Shown piece after piece: positions 19,236-29,659 of a DNA stretch of 64,000 bases (its first letter is position 1; the number at the start of each line of letters is the position of its first letter). A program made the position numbers and the translations under genes. Under the pieces are notes generated by a model. It had not been told where the DNA came from and ran no database searches. It saw nothing but the letters and a program-made list of their open reading frames with translations. The DNA comes from Dehalococcoidia bacterium (GTDB taxonomy: Bacteria > Chloroflexota > Dehalococcoidia > DSTF01 > JACRBR01): NCBI GenBank assembly GCA_041494685.1, contig JBGQBE010000001.1, forward strand, positions 62,001-126,000. The letters are read 5' to 3'.

Positions 19236-20477
19236 ATGACCAAGCTGACCGGTATCAGCGAAATTGTACTCACTGCTGTCGAGACCAAGAACCTCGACAC
19301 CCTCTGTTTCAGGGGGTCCGCACCGCTCGCCCATCTGGCAATCCTCTCACAAGCAGACGTGTTCGACCAGGACACGAACCCGCACGGACTCCAAAGGGAT
19401 CTGTCGGCGAAGCACGCCGCGGAGGCGTATGAGTACGCGCACCGACCCGCAGATGGATCGCATCCGCGCGCCTTTCCCGAAGTCGTTGTCAACGTGCGAG
19501 ACAAGAAGGTCATCGAGATCGAGGACGTGTCGCCGGCCGGGGACGACCAACTGCGGCAGGTGCGCGTGCATTTCTTCCTCGAGAAGATGCGCGGCCCCGA
19601 CAAGGTATTTGTGAGCCGCGTCGATGGGAACCATCGATTGTTCTACGGCGCCGGTGGCGATGACCGCGACCCCGTGTTGGCCGACGTGCCGTTCCAGATC
19701 CAGGTCGGACTCACAAGGGATCAGGAGGCCCATCTGTTCGTCGACATCAACGCGAACCAGAAGGGCCTGAACAGCTCGCACCTCGACATCCTTAAGAATC
19801 GGCTCACGCCTGCGGAGCGCGAGATCAAGGACTACCCGCAACGATGGATCGCGAAGCGGCTCACGGACGATCCCGGCTCTCCGTGGCACGGGTTGATCCA
19901 CATGGGTGGAGCGAAGAAGGGCGCCCGAGCCCAAGGGTTGTCGCGCCCGGTGAACTTCGCGAGCCTCGAATCAGGCGTGGCACGCACGTGGGCAAAGAGT
20001 CAGTACATCCACGATCTCACGCAGATCGAAGCGCAGTACGGCGTGATTCGCAACTACTGGATCGCGGTAAAGGCGGTCTTCGCGAAGGAGTGGGCCGACG
20101 CGAAGGGATACCTGCTGCTGAAGAACATCGGCGTCCTCAGTCTGTCGATCCTGGGTGGCACCGTGGTGGACCGCTGCATCCCGCGCGGGAAGGTGACGCC
20201 GGAGGAGATGGCGTACTACCTGCGGCAGGTGCAGGGCATCATCGATTGGCAGCGCGACGCCACCGGAGACGGGTCGATTAGTGGCATGTCGGGCAACCGT
20301 GCAGCACTGCTCATCGCCGCTCAGATGGCGGGACAGCTGTCCGATCCGACTGGCACGACGGTGATTAAGGACCTCGAAGATAAGTTGATTCGGGAGGCGG
20401 TCGGGACGAGGCAGAGCGATGACGAGCGCGCTATGGAGGGCGAGCTGGCAGCGGCGTCAGAATTCGTCAGGAGTTGA
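19236..20477 (+). CDS. DGQHR (DndB-like) domain protein
   Basis: GLQRDLS, FPEVVVN, RVDGNHRL, EAHLFVDINANQK; AAGGAGG RBS. Confidence 0.88.
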   Translation: MTKLTGISEIVLTAVETKNLDTLCFRGSAPLAHLAILSQADVFDQDTNPHGLQRDLSAKHAAEAYEYAHRPADGSHPRAFPEVVVNVRDKKVIEIEDVSPAGDDQLRQVRVHFFLEKMRGPDKVFVSRVDGNHRLFYGAGGDDRDPVLADVPFQIQVGLTRDQEAHLFVDINANQKGLNSSHLDILKNRLTPAEREIKDYPQRWIAKRLTDDPGSPWHGLIHMGGAKKGARAQGLSRPVNFASLESGVARTWAKSQYIHDLTQIEAQYGVIRNYWIAVKAVFAKEWADAKGYLLLKNIGVLSLSILGGTVVDRCIPRGKVTPEEMAYYLRQVQGIIDWQRDATGDGSISGMSGNRAALLIAAQMAGQLSDPTGTTVIKDLEDKLIREAVGTRQSDDERAMEGELAAASEFVRS

Positions 20478-20482
20478 GGAAC

Positions 20483-20581
20483 ATGGGCTACGAGATTGAC
20501 TTCCTGCCAGGAAAGGAATTCGGATCAGAATGGCGTGCCAACTTGCACGTCGCGAAGAAGCTATCGACGGGACTGGCTTAG
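20483..20581 (+). pseudogene. 32-aa remnant, MBL/ComEC-like N-terminus
   Basis: MGYEIDFLP after a GAGGA RBS, then diverges and stops. Confidence 0.4.
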
Positions 20582-20582
20582 C

Positions 20583-22013
20583 ATGCGGGTTTCAGAGCAC
20601 TACCGACTCAATCGCGCACAGGCGGATCTCGATTTCGTAGACGTGGACGTTACCGGCGACGTTCAGTTGTTCGTTGATCCGCGCGCTTTACACGCCTTGC
20701 CCTCCGAATGGGGAGCTTACTGCCGGAGTCTCATCCAGAACTTTTTTCATGCCGTCCTCGATGCGATCCGAACCGGGGACGATGAGCGAGCAAAGCAACT
20801 TCTTGGGCGCCTGCGCGAGCCGAACGAAACACATCTCGGGCTTTCAGCCGGAGCAGCGCGTGGACGTGCCTTGGGGCCTGACTCTGCGGAAGATGTGTGG
20901 GAGGCTCTAACGAGCAGCGAAGCCGCAAGAACCGGGATGCTGGATGACTTGGAGGATACCATCTTGTTGGTGCCCGGCATCAGTTCGGACATTGTGTCGG
21001 ACATCGCTACGAACGTGATTCGTGAGCCGTTGATTCGATACACAGCGGCGGTCGCAGAATACTTCGGAATACCACTGGAGAACGACGTTGACTCCGGTCC
21101 GCTCTGGAACCCTGTCAAACGGGTGTGGGAATCCGGATACGTGAAACTCCCCGTCACGCCACACGGCAAGCTGTTACTGATTCCGAAGAGCCTAGTGCGG
21201 AGAAAGATGGACTACGACCTTAAGGAGTACTATCGGGACTACATGATCGAGCACCTGCGGCATGTTGAGGAATCGGCGAATTCGGAGCTCGTACACCTCC
21301 TTCGCGACGGGAGGCGGCGCGTGTACGTCACGGAGCTCGAAGAGAAGTACGGGACAGGAAAACACGCCGTCGTGCGACTTAGCCGAGAATATCCGGATGT
21401 CCTTGATCGATACCGCGCGGACAAGAAGCGACGCACCTCACCTCCGTTATCCAACGACGAAATCGCGCCGTGGGTTGGCGCACCAGAGCCTGACTGGGAC
21501 GCGCTATTGGCGGACGTAACGCGCACGCGCAGAGGAAAGGACGCTGCAGACGACTACCACAGAGCGGTGGAACGAATGCTCACAGCTCTGTTCTATCCAC
21601 ACCTCACGGGCCCAGAGATTGAGTTCCCCATCCATGACGGACGCAAGCGAATCGATATTCGGTACACAAATGCCGCGACATCGGGCTTCTTCGACTGGCT
21701 CGGCTCTCGCTATCCTGCCCCATACGTCTTTGTGGAGTGCAAGAACTACACGGGGGATCCGGCGAATCCGGAACTCGACCAATTGGCCGGGCGCTTTTCG
21801 CCAAGACGGGGTCGGTTCGGGCTCCTAGTATGTCGGACCTTTAAGGACAAGGCGCGTTTCGTTGATCGCTGCAAGGACACGGCGCGTGATGATCGTGGGT
21901 TTATCATCGCCCTCGATGACGCGGACCTCGTTGCTCTTGTCGCCGACTATCGTGCTAGGGGCGCTCTGGCTTACGACGTGCTGCAAGCGCGCTTCGACGA
22001 ACTCATAAACTAG
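20583..22013 (+). CDS. hypothetical protein with C-terminal PD-(D/E)XK restriction-endonuclease-like domain
   Basis: DVQLFVDP N-terminus; GRKRID...FVECKNY...ELDQLAGRF; atypical codon usage. Confidence 0.75.
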   Translation: MRVSEHYRLNRAQADLDFVDVDVTGDVQLFVDPRALHALPSEWGAYCRSLIQNFFHAVLDAIRTGDDERAKQLLGRLREPNETHLGLSAGAARGRALGPDSAEDVWEALTSSEAARTGMLDDLEDTILLVPGISSDIVSDIATNVIREPLIRYTAAVAEYFGIPLENDVDSGPLWNPVKRVWESGYVKLPVTPHGKLLLIPKSLVRRKMDYDLKEYYRDYMIEHLRHVEESANSELVHLLRDGRRRVYVTELEEKYGTGKHAVVRLSREYPDVLDRYRADKKRRTSPPLSNDEIAPWVGAPEPDWDALLADVTRTRRGKDAADDYHRAVERMLTALFYPHLTGPEIEFPIHDGRKRIDIRYTNAATSGFFDWLGSRYPAPYVFVECKNYTGDPANPELDQLAGRFSPRRGRFGLLVCRTFKDKARFVDRCKDTARDDRGFIIALDDADLVALVADYRARGALAYDVLQARFDELIN

Positions 22014-22052
22014 ATCGGAGAACGTGTCGCGCGGCATGCAGCGAGCAGGCGT

Positions 22053-22137
22053 CAGGTGCTATTCGAAAATCGCGCGAACCGCAGGTAACTTGTGATTCTA
22101 GCTTCGGATCGCAGATACGCGAGCAGAGCATGAGCGC
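22053..22137 (+). repeat. conserved right-end sequence R, copy 1
   Basis: 22053-22118 matches 49831-49897 with 5 mismatches and 1 indel; weaker similarity continues ~19 nt. Confidence 0.9.
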
Positions 22138-22237
22138 CGGAGTGGCCCAGTCTCCAGTCCCCCGGCCTCTGAACTCCAACGTGCCCCACGGAGGCGCTTT
22201 ACTTCTTCCAGCGGGGTGATCTACGCTCAATCCACGT

Positions 22238-23428
22238 ATGTCACGCCTGATCTATCTCGACCACGCCGCCACGACGCCGCTGCACCCGAGCGCGCTCGAC
22301 GCGATGCTGCCGTTCCTCAGCGGCTCCTACGGCAACCCCTCGGCCACGTACGGGCTGGCGAAGCAGGCCGGCGACGCGGTGCAGCGCGCCCGCCGCAGCG
22401 TCGCCGCGGCGCTGGGCGCCCGGCCGACGGAGATCGTCTTCACGAGCGGCGGCACCGAGTCGATCAACACCGCCATCAAGGGCGTCGCGTTCCAGCAGAA
22501 GAAGGCGCGCGCCGGCAACCACATCGTCACCACGGCGATCGAGCACCACGCCGTGCTGCACGCCTGCCAGTACCTGGAGCGGTTCGGCTTCGAGGTCACC
22601 TACCTGCCGGTGGACCGCCACGGGCTCGTCGAGCCGCGACACGTCGCCGACGCGATCGGCGAGCGCACGGTGCTCGTCAGCGTGATGGCGGCGAACAACG
22701 AGGTCGGCACGATCGAGCCGATCGCGGAGATCGCCGCGGCCGTGCGCGAGCGCGCCGCCGCGCTGCACAAGCGCATCCCGCTGCACACGGACGCGGTGCA
22801 GGCACCGAACGCCATCGCCCTCGCCGAGATCGCGCGCGAGGTGGACGTGCTGAGCCTGGCGGCGCACAAGTTCCGCGGGCCGAAGGGCATGGGCGTGCTG
22901 TACATGCGCAGGGGCGTGCCGTTCCTCGCACAGCAGAACGGCGGCGGCCAGGAGCGCCAGCGCCGCGCCGGCACCGAGAACGTCGCCGGCATCGTCGGCA
23001 CGGCGGAGGCGCTGCGCATCACGCAGGGCGGACTCGCGGCCGACCGCGAGCGCATCGGCGGGCTGGCGGCGCGGCTGCGCGATGGCATCCTGCGCGCGAT
23101 CCCGGGCACCGCCCTCAACGGGCACCCGGAGCGCCGCCTGCCGAACAACGTCAGCATCAGCTTCGACGGCGCCGACGCGCGCGACCTCGTCGCGGCGCTG
23201 GACGCGGCCGGCATCGCGTGCAGCGCGGGCGCGGCATGCGGCGCGACCAACGTCGAGCCGTCGCACGTGCTGCTGGCGCTCGGCGTCCCGCTCGACCGCG
23301 CGATCGCGACGCTGCGCCTGACCGTGGGGCACGAGACGGCCGAGGCGGACATCGACGCCGTGCTGGCCGCGCTGCTGGGCATCGTCGAGCGCTCGCGCGC
23401 CGACCGCGCGCTCGCCGAGAGCGCCTGA
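22238..23428 (+). CDS. iscS: cysteine desulfurase (IscS/NifS family)
   Basis: YLDHAATTP, FTSGGTES, EHHAV, NNEVG, HTDAVQA, AHKFRGPKG, SAGAAC. Confidence 0.92.
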   Translation: MSRLIYLDHAATTPLHPSALDAMLPFLSGSYGNPSATYGLAKQAGDAVQRARRSVAAALGARPTEIVFTSGGTESINTAIKGVAFQQKKARAGNHIVTTAIEHHAVLHACQYLERFGFEVTYLPVDRHGLVEPRHVADAIGERTVLVSVMAANNEVGTIEPIAEIAAAVRERAAALHKRIPLHTDAVQAPNAIALAEIAREVDVLSLAAHKFRGPKGMGVLYMRRGVPFLAQQNGGGQERQRRAGTENVAGIVGTAEALRITQGGLAADRERIGGLAARLRDGILRAIPGTALNGHPERRLPNNVSISFDGADARDLVAALDAAGIACSAGAACGATNVEPSHVLLALGVPLDRAIATLRLTVGHETAEADIDAVLAALLGIVERSRADRALAESA

Positions 23429-23472
23429 GCCGCGCCTACCTGCCTGCCGCCCGCAGCCGATATGATCTCCGC

Positions 23473-24309
23473 ATGAGCGAGCGGACCTGGGACTTCGTCG
23501 TGCAGGACGCGCATGCGCGCCGCCGCCGCGGCACCGTCGCCTGGCGCGACGCGCTGCTGTCGCCGCTCACGTCGCCCGCAGCCCGCGCCGAGTTCGGCAT
23601 CGTGTTGCTCTCACGCGCGGGCGGCGTGCCGCTGCCGGTGCCGATCGAGGTCGCGGTCTGTGTGCCCGGCCTGACGAAGATCCACGTGCTGGGCGCCCGC
23701 GTGGCCGACGCCCTGCCGGCAAAGGTCGAGAACCTGACGCTGAAGCCGCAGCGCATGGCCGAGTTCGCCGCGGGCCGCATCGTCATGGCGGCCGAAGGCG
23801 TCATCACACCGGAGGCCGTGTTCCCGGCGGAGGGCGAGCGCCCGCGACTGGACCTGCTGGCGCTGGCGCTGATCGACGTCGCCACCGCCGAGGCGCTCGC
23901 GCCGTACCGCGCGCTGATCCGGCACCAGTTCCACCTGCGCCCCGGCACCGACCCGCTCGTCGCGCTCGAGGCGCGGCTCTCGCCGGCCGATGCCGAGTCG
24001 CGACCGCCCGCGCGCGCGCCCGGCATCCTGCGGCTGGCGCGGGCGCGGCGCCGCATGAAGCAGGACCTGCCGCCGGACAGCTACGACCTCGACGAGATGG
24101 CGGAGGACCTGCACTTCCTCTCGATGTTCGACGACGACGCCAAGGCGTTCAGCCGCCGCGGCCTCGACCGCCTGCTCGGCGACGTGCTGGACACGCCGGC
24201 GCCGCGCCGCACGGAGATCGCGGACGCCGCGCCGCCCGCCACTGACGAAGCGCCGCCGGACAACGTCGTGCCGATGCGCCGCAAGCCCGCGCCGAAGGAG
24301 GACGCGTGA
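23473..24309 (+). CDS. hypothetical protein
   Basis: 3' part of the 697 aa frame from MSERTW; coupled to pth by GTGA overlap. Confidence 0.7.
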   Translation: MSERTWDFVVQDAHARRRRGTVAWRDALLSPLTSPAARAEFGIVLLSRAGGVPLPVPIEVAVCVPGLTKIHVLGARVADALPAKVENLTLKPQRMAEFAAGRIVMAAEGVITPEAVFPAEGERPRLDLLALALIDVATAEALAPYRALIRHQFHLRPGTDPLVALEARLSPADAESRPPARAPGILRLARARRRMKQDLPPDSYDLDEMAEDLHFLSMFDDDAKAFSRRGLDRLLGDVLDTPAPRRTEIADAAPPATDEAPPDNVVPMRRKPAPKEDA

Positions 24310-24998
24310 GCGGCATGCTGCGCCGCGTCTTCGGCGCGCGCGATCGGGACGCGACGGAGACGCCGCGCGGCGACGACGGGCCGCGCGCGATCCGGCTCGT
24401 GTTCGCGCTGGGCAACCCTGGCAAGGACTACGCCGCCAACCGGCGCAACGTCGGCTTCTGGGTCGTCAACAAGCTGGCGAAGAAGCACGGGCTCGAGTTC
24501 TCGACGAAGACCGGCACGTACGCGCTCGCGCAGGGCGAGATCGCGGGACGGCGCGTCGCGCTGGCGCGGACTCGCACGTACAACAACGACTCCGGCAGCG
24601 CGGTGATGGCGCTCGTCCGCGCGCTCAAGCTCGACCACGCGCAGGAGATGCTGATCGTGTGCGACCACCTCGATCTGCCGACCGGCAGGGTGCGCCTGCG
24701 CCGCAACGGCAGCGGCGGCGGCCAGAAGGGCGTCGCCGACATCATCGCGAAGGCGCGCACCGACGACTTCCCGCGCGTCCGCATCGGCATCGGCCGCCCG
24801 ACGCACCGCGGCCAACCCACGCGCAACCCGGAGCACGTCGCCGCGTGGGTGCTGGGCGATCCGTCGCGCGACGAGAAGGCGAGGCTCGACGAGGCGGTGG
24901 ACCGCGCCGTTGAGGCGATCGAGGTGGCGCTGTCGGAGGGCATCGAGGCCGCGATGAACCGCTACAACCGCGACGATGGCGGCGAGGCGGAGGAATGA
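24306..24998 (+). CDS. pth: peptidyl-tRNA hydrolase (divergent motifs)
   Basis: LGNPG..Y...RRNVGF, TYNNDSG, DHLDLP.G..R, GGGQKG, RVRIGIGRP. Confidence 0.88.
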   Translation: MSGMLRRVFGARDRDATETPRGDDGPRAIRLVFALGNPGKDYAANRRNVGFWVVNKLAKKHGLEFSTKTGTYALAQGEIAGRRVALARTRTYNNDSGSAVMALVRALKLDHAQEMLIVCDHLDLPTGRVRLRRNGSGGGQKGVADIIAKARTDDFPRVRIGIGRPTHRGQPTRNPEHVAAWVLGDPSRDEKARLDEAVDRAVEAIEVALSEGIEAAMNRYNRDDGGEAEE

Positions 24999-25195
24999 CG
25001 CGCGCCCGCTACGCCCTCGCGCTCGTCGCCACGAGCGGCGTCCTGCTGGCGCTCGCGTCGATCTGGAAGCGCGAGACGTGCAGCTGCCGCGACAGCGTGC
25101 TGCCGCTCACGTCGATCGCCGTCTGGTCCGCCGTCGCGGCGGCCGTCGCCATCATCGCGTACGTCGCCGTCGGCCTCGCCACGCGCCGGCGGTAA
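24995..25195 (+). CDS. small two-TM membrane protein
   Basis: 66 aa, ATGA overlap with pth, two hydrophobic segments. Confidence 0.55.
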   Translation: MTRARYALALVATSGVLLALASIWKRETCSCRDSVLPLTSIAVWSAVAAAVAIIAYVAVGLATRRR

Positions 25196-25243
25196 GAAGC
25201 TCGGCGCCGTGCGGCTGCCTCGCGCAGCCGGTACGCTCCCGGC

Positions 25244-26407
25244 GTGACGAACACCCACGATCCCGACGACTACCGGTTGCTGCACGCCGCCGCGCTGCTG
25301 TCGCTGTTCTGCGTCGGCGTTTACATGTCGTCGTTCGGGCCGGCGCTCCCGTTCATCGCCCACGACTTCGGCGTCTCGCTCGACACCGCCGGCCTCATGC
25401 TCACCGCGATCTTCACGGGGTCGATCCTCTCGTCGGCGGGCGTCGCGATCTGGCTGCACGGCCGCCACCCGCGCCATCTGACGATCGCGGGACTGGTCTC
25501 CGCGACCGTCGGGGTGCTGCTGATCGCGGCGGCGCCGGCGTGGCCGCTCGCGCTGCTGGGCGGCGCGGCGCTGGGCGTGGGCGACGGCCTGATCATCGCG
25601 GCGCTGCACATCCTCATGGCGCAGACCTCGCGCGACGCCGCCGCCGCGATCAACCGGCTCAACCTGTTCTTCGCTTTTGGCGCGATGGTGGGGCCCGTCT
25701 GGGCGGCCGGCGTGCTGGAAGCCACGGACGAACGCTGGATCGTCTACACCGGCATCGCCGCGCTCACCTCCGCGACGCTCGCGATGCTGCTGGCCGCGGC
25801 GGCGCCGTCCGGCGAGCAGATGGCCGCACCCGAGGAGGCGTTCCGCCTGCCCGGCAATCCCACCGCCTGGATCATGGGCGGCGTGCTCTTCATGTACGTC
25901 GGCGCGGAGTTCGGGCTGGGGTCGTGGGTCTCGTCGTACACGCGCGAGACGGCCGGGGTCGGCGTGCTCGCCGGCGGACTGCTCACCGCGGGCTACTGGG
26001 GCGCGCTCGCGATCGGGCGCATCATCAGCGGCATCTATTTCTCGCGCCGGCGCGAGCCCAGCACGCTGCTCGCGGCCTCGGCGGCCGGCGCGGGCATCGC
26101 GGCGCTCGTGCTGGCGCTCTCGTCCGGCAACCTGGCGGTCGCGGGGGCAGCGGCGTTCGGCGCCGGGCTCTGCCTCGGGCCGGTGTGGCCCACGACCGTG
26201 GCCATCGCGTCCGAAGGGGCGCTCGCCAGCACGACGGCGGCCACCGTGACGATGGGCAACTCCGGAGGGCTGCTGCTGCCCTGGCTGCAGGGCAAGGTGC
26301 TGGTCGGCGCCGGGCCCACGCAGGGCGTCGCGGTCACCGCCGTGCTATGCGCGCTGATGTTCGTCATCGTCATGGGGTTCCGCGCCCGGCGCCCCGCGTC
26401 CGCCTGA
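25244..26407 (+). CDS. MFS transporter
   Basis: About 12 hydrophobic segments; GPALP, FFAFGAMVGP, YVGAE. Confidence 0.88.
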   Translation: MTNTHDPDDYRLLHAAALLSLFCVGVYMSSFGPALPFIAHDFGVSLDTAGLMLTAIFTGSILSSAGVAIWLHGRHPRHLTIAGLVSATVGVLLIAAAPAWPLALLGGAALGVGDGLIIAALHILMAQTSRDAAAAINRLNLFFAFGAMVGPVWAAGVLEATDERWIVYTGIAALTSATLAMLLAAAAPSGEQMAAPEEAFRLPGNPTAWIMGGVLFMYVGAEFGLGSWVSSYTRETAGVGVLAGGLLTAGYWGALAIGRIISGIYFSRRREPSTLLAASAAGAGIAALVLALSSGNLAVAGAAAFGAGLCLGPVWPTTVAIASEGALASTTAATVTMGNSGGLLLPWLQGKVLVGAGPTQGVAVTAVLCALMFVIVMGFRARRPASA

Positions 26408-27358
26408 GGCGGCTCGCTCACCCGGTTCACGCACCGCGGCATCCGACTCCATCCAGTACGACGAGAGCACGTCGATGCGCGGCACCGGCGAGCGGCCGCT
26501 GAACGCGAAGCTCAGCTGCACCAGTCCCACGGCGACGACCACGAGCACGAGCGGCGACGCGATCAGCACGTTCGCCACGCCGAACTGCGCCGCCGCCAGA
26601 CCCAGCCCGAGCAGCGGCAGGATCGCCGCGCCGTTCTTCAGCGTGCTCTGGAGCGCGAACGCCCGCCCCTGGTACGAGAGCGGCACCCGGCGGTTGAGAT
26701 ATGTGTGCACGGACGTGGTGGTGATGGCCAGCCCGAAGCCGAGGGGCACCGCCAGGATGCCTCCGGTGCGCAGCTCCGGGTTCATATCGAGGTTCAGCAG
26801 CGACAGCGCGCGCAGCGGGTTCGCCGGATCGATGACGTCCGCGAGCTGGTCGACGAGCCCCAGCAGCGACAGGACGCACGCCGTCAGCAGGAAGCCGCCG
26901 AGCGCCACCATGCGCTCGCCGCGAAAGCGGATCAGCGGCGGCGCGGCCACCAGCGCCAGAAGCAGGCCCAACGCCGACGGCGCGAAAACGTACACCGCGT
27001 CCGCCGGGTCGACGTGCAGGACGGCCTGCACGTAGCGCGGCGCCAGCGTCGTTACCACGATGTTCGCCGTGCCGACGAGCACCGCCACGAAGATCATCGT
27101 GGCGACGGCGGGCTCCTGCGCCAGCCAGCGGACCGTCGCGAACACGCGGACGTCCGGGCGGCGCCAGTCCATGCGGCGCAGTGGCTGGTGCGTCGCCAGG
27201 TCGAAGACGCGGCTCGCGGCGAACAGCAACATCAGCCCCGCCGCCGTGAACACCGCCTGCTCGCCGAAGGCGCGCACCAGGATCGGCGCCAGCAGCGCCG
27301 TGCCGAACTGCGCATCGTCGTTCACAAGTACTGGTGTCGACCGCTGGAGCTCGTTCAC
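26345..27358 (-). pseudogene. MFS transporter, N-terminally truncated
   Basis: Only the C-terminal MFS helices are present (VPLSYQGRAFA); 5' end runs into lower-GC DNA at ~27330. Confidence 0.6.
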
Positions 27359-27461
27359 GTTTTTACCACCATTCTTTCGATCTCGTCGGGCCTCTTGACA
27401 AACAACCTACGCAAGAGTACGCTCGCCGAGCATCCTGTATTGTAGGATTGGAGGCAGTGAT

Positions 27462-28709
27462 ATGCGTTGGAGTACCGTCCTATTCATCGGTGGCGTCATC
27501 GCTCTGTGTGTCTCCATGTCTCGGGTGCCGGTCGTGAACGCCCATCATTACGACGATGGGAGCCACGGCGGGTATCTTTTCCCGGCAGCGCAAGCGTACG
27601 AGATGAACGGTACGACGGTGCAAGGTCAGTCCACGCAAATTCAGCTGCAGACGTTCGATTCGGACTGGGCCGGCGCGCTGTCGACATCCATCACGAACTG
27701 GAACAGCGGCATGTCTTCGACGACCGGGTTCAACGTCTACTCGTCAGGCTCGGCGAACATAAACGTCTACGCGGACACGAGTCAGGTCTGCGACGTAGGT
27801 GCGCACGGCTGCGTCAAAGCGTGGTCACCCGCTGTTCCTTCGGCTGAGATACACATGGAGACGGCGTATTTCACGTTCCAAGATCATCGAGTGTCGGACC
27901 TGATGCACGAGATGGGACACGTCATCTTCCACGCGGGCGAGCACTATCCTACGTACGACTGCACGAGCATCATGGGCCATTCGGCAAAGGAATTCTCTGG
28001 GGCTGCCGGATATTGCGGGACAGGCTTGGGGAGTGACGTGCTGACCGTGGTGCAGTCGCATGACGTATCGGACTACGTGAGCGCTTACGGCGTTCGGGAG
28101 ACTCAGGACGCGATCTACGTGAACATGCTCGGGAGCGCGACCTTGGTGCACTACTTCGAGGGTGGGTGGTACGGAGGGATCGGTCTAACAGTTCATCAGG
28201 AGTACGAGAACGTGATAGACCGGTCGACGTCGAATATCACGGGTGGCTACTCCTTCTATCACTCTATTGGGCGGAAAGTCTCGAACGCGGACGACAGTAC
28301 GCCCGAGAACCAGTCTTACGGGGAAGAGCCGGGCGTGAACGCGGAGTGGTGCTTCAAGATGCACGGCCACACACACGCGTTGGCGAGCGGCGCGGCCAAC
28401 GAGTGGGGTCCGTACTCACATCGCTACTGCATAGCGCATTCCGGGGCTGGTTCGGGCGTCTTTGTGACTAGCGATCGTAACAACGGAAATGCGAACTTCA
28501 GGGTGTGGAACTTCTCGGGTGCTGCCATACCCAACGTCCAGATCAGGACACAGCCGTCGCCGGGCACGCAGATCTGCAACTTTGGCACGATCAACAACAA
28601 CGCGGTTAGCGCTACGTGCTCAAGCGGCGTCGGAGGGCCAGGGATCCTTGACCTCTGGTACAACAACAGTTGGGTGCCGCTCGACACGATCGGCTACGAC
28701 GGTAACTAG
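27462..28709 (+). CDS. secreted metzincin-type zinc metalloprotease
   Basis: Signal peptide; HEMGHVIFHAGEH followed by SIM Met-turn. Confidence 0.75.
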   Translation: MRWSTVLFIGGVIALCVSMSRVPVVNAHHYDDGSHGGYLFPAAQAYEMNGTTVQGQSTQIQLQTFDSDWAGALSTSITNWNSGMSSTTGFNVYSSGSANINVYADTSQVCDVGAHGCVKAWSPAVPSAEIHMETAYFTFQDHRVSDLMHEMGHVIFHAGEHYPTYDCTSIMGHSAKEFSGAAGYCGTGLGSDVLTVVQSHDVSDYVSAYGVRETQDAIYVNMLGSATLVHYFEGGWYGGIGLTVHQEYENVIDRSTSNITGGYSFYHSIGRKVSNADDSTPENQSYGEEPGVNAEWCFKMHGHTHALASGAANEWGPYSHRYCIAHSGAGSGVFVTSDRNNGNANFRVWNFSGAAIPNVQIRTQPSPGTQICNFGTINNNAVSATCSSGVGGPGILDLWYNNSWVPLDTIGYDGN

Positions 28710-28720
28710 GAGGCGATTCC

Positions 28721-29659
28721 GTGAACAGACGAGAGATTCCTGCTGCGTTCGGACTACTTCTTACGGTCGCGTTGTTGATCGGGTCAAACCGGGGCTGGAG
28801 CGTGGGGAACGTCGGGGCACAGACGCCGCCAATTGTCACTCCGACTTTCACGAGCACGGGTACGGTCACGGTCACAAGTACGACCGTGGCGAGCGGAACC
28901 GCCACGCCAGTAGCCACCCAAGTTGCGACGAGCACTGCGGTAGCTGGCAAGCTGGCTAGTGTCTCCGTGAAGTTGGTGGAGGACACTAACGCAAACGGGA
29001 TCGCTGACGCGGCGGATCGCGTACCACAGCAGACGCTCATTCAGCTGGTTCCGTGGGCGCGACCGAGCGCGGGTGCTGGCTTTCCCGGGGGCAAACCGAT
29101 CGACGCTCCGGCTGACATAACTTCCGATGGAGACTCAGTGATTAGTTTGCTGACGGCCGTTGACGGATCGTTCTCGCTCACACGAATGCCCGCTGGCGAC
29201 TACACGTTGTTGGTCTGGTGGGAGGCCGGCTTCGTAACTGGGGCATCGCCGTCTGTACCAGACGTATTCCAAGCGGTGTTCAGCGTAGGTGCGGACGGGA
29301 GCATCGGCGCGCCTACTGCAAGTCCAGAGGTGTGGCCCGGAGTACGCGGAGACGTAACGAACCCGACTAAAGAGGTCGGTACGATTGGCCGCGTGCCCTT
29401 ACAGATCTTGCTAAAAGCGAGTCCTCCCGGACTCATCCCGTACCCGGTATCTACGGGGGGTTCGGAACGCTTGGGGGTGGGTTCAGTGGATGTCTCGACG
29501 GCTCTGGGGTTACCGGGCGGCCGGGTGGCTCTACCAACGACGGGCGAATCCGGCGCGAACAGTTCGGAGTCCAACGTACCCGTTGTCTTGGCTTTGGCCG
29601 TGATAGTCATGATGTTGGCCGCCGCGCTTACCGTCGGGCTTAAGATCCGCCGCGCGTAG
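28721..29659 (+). CDS. surface protein with LPXTG-type C-terminal anchor
   Basis: Signal peptide, Thr-rich stretch, EDTNANGIAD (SdrD-B-like), LPTTG + TM helix + KIRRA. Confidence 0.72.
   Translation: MNRREIPAAFGLLLTVALLIGSNRGWSVGNVGAQTPPIVTPTFTSTGTVTVTSTTVASGTATPVATQVATSTAVAGKLASVSVKLVEDTNANGIADAADRVPQQTLIQLVPWARPSAGAGFPGGKPIDAPADITSDGDSVISLLTAVDGSFSLTRMPAGDYTLLVWWEAGFVTGASPSVPDVFQAVFSVGADGSIGAPTASPEVWPGVRGDVTNPTKEVGTIGRVPLQILLKASPPGLIPYPVSTGGSERLGVGSVDVSTALGLPGGRVALPTTGESGANSSESNVPVVLALAVIVMMLAAALTVGLKIRRA

Noticed and set aside
19236..23428. DGQHR gene near a cysteine desulfurase as a Dnd phosphorothioation system
   Set aside because: No dndC/D/E or ssp genes; the desulfurase lies outside the R end and has host-like codon usage.
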